This document shows, piece after piece, positions 55,677-61,798 of a stretch of 61,798 nucleotides of DNA. The stretch lies in the IMG/VR virus record IMGVR_UViG_3300033233_000007. One strand, written 5' to 3'. Every line of letters begins with the position of its first letter. Position 1 is the stretch's first letter. Source of the stretch: a virus. Taxonomy: Duplodnaviria > Heunggongvirae > Uroviricota > Caudoviricetes. The notes under the pieces were generated by a model. The model searched no databases and had not been told where the DNA came from. It worked only from the letters and a program-made list of their open reading frames with translations. The position numbers were made by a program, and so were the translations under genes.

Positions 55677-56138
55677 TCATTTCATCGGCGGCACCACAAG
55701 TCGCACGCCCGTGGCCAGCGGGTACGTGATATCGACGTGGAGCGTTCTCGGCTCGTAGTCCCACCACTCGTCGAAGTTATGGTTCTTGTCGGGCTTGGGC
55801 CCGACGCGGTTGGCCTTCAGGAGCTTCACGGCCTGCTCGAGCGTAAGGGCCGCTACGTCTTCGACCTGGTACCAGACGCTCCACGAGCCGGCGAGCGGCG
55901 GTTTCGGGCCCCTGCGCCGCTTGAGCGTGAACGGCCCAATCGTCTTCGAGGCCTTGAGCTTCGCCACTTTCAGCTTGCCGGTCTCCGCCTTGGCGATCAG
56001 CAGCTTCTCGATAGTCGCCGTCGACGTCGACCTCTCGCAGGGCAGGTCCTTGCGAGATACAGCGCCCGGCGTGTAGATCGTGCGATGCTCGTGCGGATTC
56101 GGCCCCCTCGACGGCGGCCAATTCATGACACCGGACAT
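55677..56138 (-). CDS. Basic hypothetical protein
   Basis: AGGAG RBS. Confidence 0.6.
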   Translation of the reverse strand: MSGVMNWPPSRGPNPHEHRTIYTPGAVSRKDLPCERSTSTATIEKLLIAKAETGKLKVAKLKASKTIGPFTLKRRRGPKPPLAGSWSVWYQVEDVAALTLEQAVKLLKANRVGPKPDKNHNFDEWWDYEPRTLHVDITYPLATGVRLVVPPMK

Positions 56139-56153
56139 AGTAACTCCTAAAAA

Positions 56154-56342
56154 TTATTGAACGCCGACTGCGGCACCGTGTCCGCAGTCGCAGGAATCGC
56201 AGTTGAGACAGGCCTGAAATCCGTGCTCGCACGCAAGCTCGACGGACAGTTCAGCCGCACGGCGGAAGCGGCATCCCTTCTTGTGCTCGACCTTGATCGC
56301 GCAAACGCACGAGACGAGGTTGTCGCATTTGAGGCAGATCAT
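56154..56342 (-). CDS. Cys-rich small protein
   Basis: Multiple Cys in 62 aa. Confidence 0.5.
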   Translation of the reverse strand: MICLKCDNLVSCVCAIKVEHKKGCRFRRAAELSVELACEHGFQACLNCDSCDCGHGAAVGVQ

Positions 56343-56626
56343 GCGCCACCTTGAATAACGTCCACGATCTCTTTGACCGCCATGCAAACCATGCAACAGG
56401 CTCCGAAATCGCAAAACTCTACGTCAAGGCGCGTGGCCTCGCCGCATCGGCCGGCCTTGGCCGCGGCGATGCACCTGGCGCGCTCACGTTCAATGACGTT
56501 TTTGATACAGCCAGTGCAGGCATGATGCCGCCCAGGTGGACCGTGGAAGATGTCCTGCTTCCCCGCTTCAGCGCACTGCTGAATCGCCTCCACCGCCAAC
56601 GCCTCCGGGCTCAAGACCTTACTCAT
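56339..56626 (-). CDS. Cys-containing hypothetical protein
   Basis: Coupled ORF. Confidence 0.55.
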   Translation of the reverse strand: MSKVLSPEALAVEAIQQCAEAGKQDIFHGPPGRHHACTGCIKNVIERERARCIAAAKAGRCGEATRLDVEFCDFGACCMVCMAVKEIVDVIQGGA

Positions 56627-56813
56627 GCTTGATCTCCTCAACTTCACACGTTTTTACGAGCGCAAACGCCGCGTCATACGACTCGAACTTCAGAAGGACC
56701 CGGATCGTCGCGTCGCGCCGACAAGGCCGATGCACGAGGCAGTCCGACCAGTCCGCGCGAAGTCGGCGCTCGGCGCTCCAAGACACATGGCAGCGGCAGT
56801 TTTTGTTTACCAC
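56619..56813 (-). CDS. Hypothetical protein
   Basis: Short ORF filling gap. Confidence 0.4.
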   Translation of the reverse strand: MVNKNCRCHVSWSAERRLRADWSDCLVHRPCRRDATIRVLLKFESYDAAFALVKTCEVEEIKHE

Positions 56814-57289
56814 GGCTGCGGCGTCTTAATGGCACCGATCTTTTCCAGCGTGTTCACGACGGCGCGGGCCCTCTTGATGTCGCCCGCGCGAATCTTGCCG
56901 GCGCCGACGACCCACGCGAGGTCCAGGACGACGAAATCATCCGGCACATCCGAATTCACGGAAAGGTTCGCGAGCGGCTGGAGCGCGACCAGCAGTTCCC
57001 ACGCGTTGGCGAACAGATGCGCCTCGGCGATATTCGGCACCGACGCGGCGGGGCGCTTCCCGCACATGATGAGGTGCGCGGACCCCTGCGGATGGTTGAT
57101 GCCGTTCTCGACGACCCTGTACGGTCCCCCGCCGCAGAGCTTAATGGGACGGGCGTCTGCCGCTGCGGCGCGCATCACCTCTATTTGCCCCTCCAATTCT
57201 TTCACGCGGCTGACCGCATCATCGTACCGCTTCTCAAGCGCCCATCGCTCATGATTAGCCGGGTCGAGCGTGTCGTCTCCGAAGCTCAT
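56807..57289 (-). CDS. Hypothetical phage protein (coiled coil plus AHLFANA motif)
   Basis: ORF. Confidence 0.6.
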   Translation of the reverse strand: MSFGDDTLDPANHERWALEKRYDDAVSRVKELEGQIEVMRAAAADARPIKLCGGGPYRVVENGINHPQGSAHLIMCGKRPAASVPNIAEAHLFANAWELLVALQPLANLSVNSDVPDDFVVLDLAWVVGAGKIRAGDIKRARAVVNTLEKIGAIKTPQPW

Positions 57290-57510
57290 GAGATTTTCCC
57301 CTTCATAAACAGGCGACTGAACGGCCGGCACACCAGTTTCCTGATGCTGCTGATCTGAATGCCGACAATCTTCTTAGTCTTCCGCCCGCGCAGGATGGTG
57401 ATGTCGCAATTGAGCCACTCGGCCACCGCAGGTTCTTTCTCAAGGAAGACCTCGAGCATGTCGCCGACGTCGTTGTAGAAGATGCCGGGTGGGCCCGTCA
57501 ACGCTTTCAC
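57286..57510 (-). CDS. DUF2283-like protein
   Basis: YNDVGDMLEVF..IVGIQI. Confidence 0.55.
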   Translation of the reverse strand: MKALTGPPGIFYNDVGDMLEVFLEKEPAVAEWLNCDITILRGRKTKKIVGIQISSIRKLVCRPFSRLFMKGKIS

Positions 57511-57579
57511 CTTCGTAAGCTTCTTGATCTGCTTGACCCATTCGTTGAAGGGTAAGACGGGGACGCTCTCGTTTGGCCA

Positions 57580-57831
57580 CTACAGCGTCTCCCTTCTGAT
57601 GGCGTTGATCTTGTCTAGCGCCATCATGACTTTCTCGCGGCCCTCTACAAGCGTGCCGGCTGGCACGGTGACGAGCATCACGGCCGTTTCGAGTTCCTGA
57701 TACGCCTCCTGAAGCCGGTCAAGCCGTGCCGTTGCAGCGACGGTAGTGGGCTGTATGGCATTCAGCCAAAGGTCCGCGTTGACCGCGAAGACGTGATCGC
57801 GATTGGCGCTGTCGTCCTGTGCGTGAGTCAT
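57580..57831 (-). CDS. Hypothetical protein
   Basis: ORF. Confidence 0.55.
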   Translation of the reverse strand: MTHAQDDSANRDHVFAVNADLWLNAIQPTTVAATARLDRLQEAYQELETAVMLVTVPAGTLVEGREKVMMALDKINAIRRETL

Positions 57832-58014
57832 CTATTGCTCCTTTTCTACCAATCTGTACAGGCGTCGGCAACATGCTCTGGCCCGAACATGACCTCCTGC
57901 CCCATCGCCATCGGCGCGGCGACCGGCTTCGACATCAGCAGGCCCGTGTACGGCTTCGCGCTGGCGCTCTTTGAGTTCACGCTCCCACGCTTTATTCATC
58001 TTCACCTTCATCAA
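57832..58014 (-). CDS. Hypothetical protein
   Basis: AAGGAGG RBS. Confidence 0.5.
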   Translation of the reverse strand: MMKVKMNKAWERELKERQREAVHGPADVEAGRRADGDGAGGHVRARACCRRLYRLVEKEQ

Positions 58015-58186
58015 ACCTCCTTAAAATCGCGACTGCACATGACGCAATGATAGTGACCGGGCGTTCCAAACGGCGACAGGGGCTCGGGGTACTGGTATGG
58101 GACGAGGTACGTCGGCGTGTTACAGATTGGGCACAAGGGGCCCGTCGGCTTGGGCTGTCGAGGCGTGGAGTTGATCTCACGAAGAG

Positions 58187-58924
58187 TCACGGTTTCTTTC
58201 CGCCTCCGAACGCCTGTCCGAAATCGAAATCGGGCAAATCCCGGATGCGGCCGGTCGTCTTGCGCTGCTTCTGGATCGCGACCTTTTCTTCGTCGTCGCC
58301 GCGACGGATCGAGCCGAGGATGTTCCTTCTGGCGCTCTCCTCAAAGCGGTTCCTGAACCAGTCCGTGTAGTAGACCCAAGGACGGCTGAAGATGGACTTC
58401 AGGATCGCCGTCCGCGCGGACCAGAACTTCTGCTCCGGCACCCATCGGTACTCCTCACGGATGTTTTGCTCGTTCGCTTCGTACTCCTCGGCCGTCGCGC
58501 CGAGGGACGAAAGGTCCACGTCCAGCAGAGCGCACGCCGCGGGATCGGTCGTCGGCGTCTGGTGCGTCGTCAGGAGGATAAGGTCGGCCACCCTTCGGAT
58601 CGTGACGGCTCCGAAGCCGGCTCTGTACGCGACGGCGGAGGCGACGTTCGCGCTCATCTGCTCATTGGCCGGGGCCTTGGCCGTTGTATCGTAGACGATG
58701 TCGTGGTACCAGAAAGCGAATTCGACGAGATCGGGCTCCACGATAGCGGCGCCGGCCTCGGCCATGACGTCCAACCCGCTGGCGATGTGATCGAGCGTGT
58801 GATAGCGCCTGCTCGGGTTGCCGTAGCACCGCTGCAGAACGTCGAACTCACCGGCAGCACCGCTCTGAGCGCCTAGCCTGGCCCAGAGGGACCGAAACTT
58901 GTCCTGTAGCACATCGAGCGTCAT
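58187..58924 (-). CDS. HD-superfamily metal-dependent phosphohydrolase (COG4339-like)
   Basis: RYHTLDH..WYHDIVY..NEQMSA..LDVDLSSLG..IREEY. Confidence 0.85.
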   Translation of the reverse strand: MTLDVLQDKFRSLWARLGAQSGAAGEFDVLQRCYGNPSRRYHTLDHIASGLDVMAEAGAAIVEPDLVEFAFWYHDIVYDTTAKAPANEQMSANVASAVAYRAGFGAVTIRRVADLILLTTHQTPTTDPAACALLDVDLSSLGATAEEYEANEQNIREEYRWVPEQKFWSARTAILKSIFSRPWVYYTDWFRNRFEESARRNILGSIRRGDDEEKVAIQKQRKTTGRIRDLPDFDFGQAFGGGKKP

Positions 58925-58939
58925 AGACTCTCCTACCTG

Positions 58940-58978
58940 CTATAGTAGTCGGGCCTCCTACGTTCGCTGTCGCGAATC
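58940..58978 (-). promoter_or_regulatory. Conserved viral promoter-like motif, copy 4
   Basis: Plus strand ctatagtagtcgggcc..acgttcg..gaatc. Confidence 0.65.
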
Positions 58979-59548
58979 GTCAGGTACTTTGATCTCGCAC
59001 GTCAGCCCGTCGCGGAGCGCCGTGGCGCAGGGGACGCAAAAAGCGGCTCTCGTCTCGAAGCGCAGGCCGTCATACTCCTTAAGGCTACTGGACAAGTTGA
59101 GCCACACGACGCCATCGCCGCCGCAGGGGCAACTGTGCGTGCCCGCTGCGAAGCCGCCTACGGCCCAAGAGCCCGTGTCGTAGGACTTGCCATGCGGTTT
59201 GTCCTGGCCGCAGGGCGGGGTGACGGTATTCTTGTTACGCACATCGGCGGCGCCGGGCTCGTCGTTAAAATTGGACCAGTACGACGTGTCGAAGAACCAC
59301 CACTCGCCGGCCAACAAGTAGTACCAGCCAGCGTACTCAACCTCACACGTCGGGCACACGATCTTGCGAAATCGCACATCATAGCCGCTCGGGCTCCATC
59401 CGTGGCCGCCATTACCCCTGTACGGGCAGTCGGGCCAGCCGATAGCGGTGAGATAGGCATCCTCCGTGATGAGGTCGGAGTCGCGCATAGGGACGCTAAC
59501 GAAGTCGAGGCCGCATTCGCAGACCTTGGAACCGCGATTACGGGACAT
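58958..59548 (-). CDS. Cys-rich hypothetical protein
   Basis: AGGAG RBS; several CxxC. Confidence 0.6.
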   Translation of the reverse strand: MSRNRGSKVCECGLDFVSVPMRDSDLITEDAYLTAIGWPDCPYRGNGGHGWSPSGYDVRFRKIVCPTCEVEYAGWYYLLAGEWWFFDTSYWSNFNDEPGAADVRNKNTVTPPCGQDKPHGKSYDTGSWAVGGFAAGTHSCPCGGDGVVWLNLSSSLKEYDGLRFETRAAFCVPCATALRDGLTCEIKVPDDSRQRT

Positions 59549-59762
59549 CGGATTCTCCTTTCAACTTTACGTCACGAAGCGTGTTGATCGTGTTTGTGCG
59601 TCCGCATTTCGGGCAGCGGGCGTAAAGCAAAAGGTAGTCCCCGTCCGGCGTCAGCCCGCTGAAACACATGGCCAGCTTACATCTCGGGCAGGCCAAGACG
59701 GCGCCGTCGAGGTCGTCCAAATACAGGATGCGGCCGGTCGTGGAGCCGCGGTCATGGGGCAT
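59538..59762 (-). CDS. Zn-ribbon protein
   Basis: CPRC..CPKC. Confidence 0.6.
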   Translation of the reverse strand: MPHDRGSTTGRILYLDDLDGAVLACPRCKLAMCFSGLTPDGDYLLLYARCPKCGRTNTINTLRDVKLKGESDVP

Positions 59763-59778
59763 GGGAGGTCTCCTTTCA

Positions 59779-59979
59779 TCACACGTCGCACAAAATACAC
59801 CGAACGCGCTGCGGCGCAAACCGCACGGGCGAAAGAGGACGAAGATGCCCTCCACCGGCGTATCGTACAGCCACGTGGCCGCACGAGAGGTCGAGGTCCC
59901 ACACGCCGCCGGCTTTCGACCTGCGACGGCGGATGCACTTTACGTCGCGCCATGGGCTCATGCGCTTCATGGTCTTCAT
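59779..59979 (-). CDS. Small hypothetical protein
   Basis: LSCGH..CILC. Confidence 0.5.
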   Translation of the reverse strand: MKTMKRMSPWRDVKCIRRRRSKAGGVWDLDLSCGHVAVRYAGGGHLRPLSPVRFAPQRVRCILCDV

Positions 59980-60215
59980 GGTCTTTCCATCATCGCCCGC
60001 ATGAGGGCGTCGACGAGCCCGAACCAGCGGAGCGTGCTTTCAGGGATCGGAAATCCAGTCATGGGTAAGCAGGTGCAGCCGTCATCGGCCATCATGCAGC
60101 ACCCTTCGCACACGGCCTCGTCGGTGCCGCAGTCGTCGCCGTCATCAAGGGCCCAGAAGCCCGTGTCGAGGATGGCGCGGCGGCCGCATTCGCAGTGCCA
60201 GGGAAGAGGGGTCAT
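59976..60215 (-). CDS. Cys-rich small protein
   Basis: Coupled ORF. Confidence 0.55.
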   Translation of the reverse strand: MTPLPWHCECGRRAILDTGFWALDDGDDCGTDEAVCEGCCMMADDGCTCLPMTGFPIPESTLRWFGLVDALMRAMMERP

Positions 60216-60418
60216 GACTTTCTTCCAGATGCGTTACAAACGCGACTTTGCCAATCCATAGCTCGCTTCTTGCTGAAGATGCCGATTTCCTCAAAGGCGT
60301 AAATGGTGCCGAAAGCCGAGGCCAGCCAAGCTAATCTGTCGTCAGCCGTCGTGGCGAGCCGAAGTTGATCGATACAGAACTGGACAACAGCCCCCGGCTT
60401 CTTTTTCAGTTTGAACAT
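60212..60418 (-). CDS. Hypothetical protein
   Basis: AGGAG RBS. Confidence 0.55.
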   Translation of the reverse strand: MFKLKKKPGAVVQFCIDQLRLATTADDRLAWLASAFGTIYAFEEIGIFSKKRAMDWQSRVCNASGRKS

Positions 60419-60784
60419 CTACTTCTCCTTCTTGGCCTTGTTCGCAGCCACCTTCTTGACCTTGAATTGCGGCCTGTACTTGAGGCCCCATTTGGTGATT
60501 TCGTAGAGACGGACCCATCGACGACCCCCCTCGCCGGCACGGGAGCCCGCCCTGGCGACGTAGCCCCAGTTGACCATCTTGCCGAGCCATGCCGACGCCA
60601 CTAGCTCCGGCGTCAACTCCTTTTTGGCCTCCGGCTTCGGCGTCCCTACCTTTATATGGGCCTGCGCAGCCAGTTCCCGAGCCGTAAAGGGCTTCAGACC
60701 CTTTTTGGGGTCCTTCAGGTCTTTCAGGGCGCAGACCCGCGCTGCCTCGAGGATCGTATACCATCGCTTCGACTTCGATTTCAT
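60419..60784 (-). CDS. Basic, possibly winged-HTH DNA-binding protein
   Basis: FTARELA..WLGKMVNWGYV..RLYEIT. Confidence 0.55.
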   Translation of the reverse strand: MKSKSKRWYTILEAARVCALKDLKDPKKGLKPFTARELAAQAHIKVGTPKPEAKKELTPELVASAWLGKMVNWGYVARAGSRAGEGGRRWVRLYEITKWGLKYRPQFKVKKVAANKAKKEK

Positions 60785-60789
60785 GCTGG

Positions 60790-60818
60790 ATCGTACCTGA
60801 AAAGGGGTGCCTTGTCAA
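60790..60818 (-). promoter_or_regulatory. Sigma70-like promoter TTGACA-N17-TACGAT (leaderless mRNA)
   Basis: ATG 5 nt after -10. Confidence 0.7.
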
Positions 60819-60877
60819 GCATTACAAACCTATATGTTTGATACTTCCGCACCTTTAACACAAAAGGTGCGGAACAC

Positions 60878-61510
60878 CTATTTCGCCCCTTTCCGGCCAC
60901 CGGCGGCCCTTTTAGGGGCATTCCAGTCGGGAAGCGCAAACCCCTCGGACAGCTTGGCCCGGTCGTCCTTGACCCGAATAGCGTGAAGGTACCTATCCGT
61001 CGAACTGATCGACGTGTGTCTGAGCAGGGACTTGATGCGAATGGCCTCCATGCCGCTCTGGGCGGCGTCCATCGCCAGCGTGTGCCGCAAACTGTGGATG
61101 CCGCGTTTCGGCATCTTGATCCCCGCCGCCGTCGCGTACTTGTCGAACGCCTCCTGCGCACGGCGCTTGTGGCTGTAGCCGAGCAGGGGCTCGTCGGGGC
61201 CCTGGCCGATCTCTTTGATCCGCCGTAAGAGCGCCTCACGCACAACAGGAGGGCACTCGATCTCGTCGATTTGATCGTGCTTCTGTTTGAGCGTATGGAC
61301 CTTGAGGACGCCAAGCACCCGGTCGAAGTCGCCCGCGTACAAGCTCACCGCCTCTTTGACGCGAAGGCCGCATCGAGAAACGACGAGGAACAGCGTATGC
61401 GCCTGCGCGTCACGCGCCTTGACCGTAGCGTCCAGCAGACGGTTTAGCTCATCGCGGTCCAGCCACTTATACCGCTTAAGCTGGTTGGCGCTTCCCGTGA
61501 ACTGGCTCAC
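60878..61510 (-). CDS. Tyrosine recombinase, catalytic domain only
   Basis: GLRVKE, HSLRH, LRHTSISSTDRY. Confidence 0.92.
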   Translation of the reverse strand: MSQFTGSANQLKRYKWLDRDELNRLLDATVKARDAQAHTLFLVVSRCGLRVKEAVSLYAGDFDRVLGVLKVHTLKQKHDQIDEIECPPVVREALLRRIKEIGQGPDEPLLGYSHKRRAQEAFDKYATAAGIKMPKRGIHSLRHTLAMDAAQSGMEAIRIKSLLRHTSISSTDRYLHAIRVKDDRAKLSEGFALPDWNAPKRAAGGRKGAK

Positions 61511-61512
61511 CC

Positions 61513-61798
61513 CTACTCCCCCATCCCCGGCGGCCACGCGACGCAGCGCACCACCGATTTCTCGCCGAGGCCGCCATACTCGACGGCCTCGCCCTCATAC
61601 GCGCCTCTGGCGAACAGCCGCCAACCGTCCTCGCCCCACAGCAACGTCGCCAAGCGGGTGATCTCCTTGACGCACAGGGCGCGCTCCATCGCTCCCGTCT
61701 CGGCGCACATCGTCCACGGCAAGAGTTTAGGCCCGGCCTCACGATCGCGGCCCTCGACAGCCGTCTCGACCGCGCGGATGCTGGCAAGGTCCACGAGC
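61513..61798 (-). CDS. Hypothetical protein, 5' end beyond window
   Basis: Open frame to edge. Confidence 0.5.
   Translation of the reverse strand, partial: LVDLASIRAVETAVEGRDREAGPKLLPWTMCAETGAMERALCVKEITRLATLLWGEDGWRLFARGAYEGEAVEYGGLGEKSVVRCVAWPPGMGE

Noticed and set aside
1-61798. Window as a complete circular genome
   Set aside because: The terminal ORFs do not join in frame, and no packaging ATPase (Walker A), primase, helicase or polymerase was found.
60820-61798. Attachment site near the tyrosine recombinase
   Set aside because: No tRNA fragment or recognisable att core visible; the enzyme may be a resolvase rather than an integrase.

Overview
A GC-rich viral (phage or provirus) segment with no tail, portal, terminase, tRNA, rRNA or CRISPR genes. 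The + strand arm (1.1-42.1 kb) is a late/virion operon of a probable tailless, internal-membrane, jelly-roll-capsid virus (Varidnaviria/Singelaviria-like; inferred from sequence patterns, not a database hit). It carries a single-jelly-roll capsid gene split by a 243-nt group I intron, a free-standing double-HNH endonuclease, a tandem double-jelly-roll protein, a penton-like protein, about 10 paralogous spike genes, many C-terminally anchored membrane proteins and a holin/spanin-like block. It also encodes Asn-Pro-punctuated polyproteins, one containing a ubiquitin-like domain and one an E2 domain, and a run of cargo-like proteins sharing an ERGLFDE tag. The - strand arm (42.5-61.8 kb plus 1-545) holds early/accessory genes: peptide deformylase, SLOG, nucleotidyltransferase, NADAR, C5-methyltransferase, HD protein and a tyrosine recombinase. 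The main finding is a nuclease-less Nop-domain (Tas-like) protein with six dispersed 36-nt-period dual-repeat guide arrays (TIGR-like, about 31 guide units). No packaging ATPase or replication gene was recognised, so the genome probably extends beyond the window. All calls are by eye; no searches were run.
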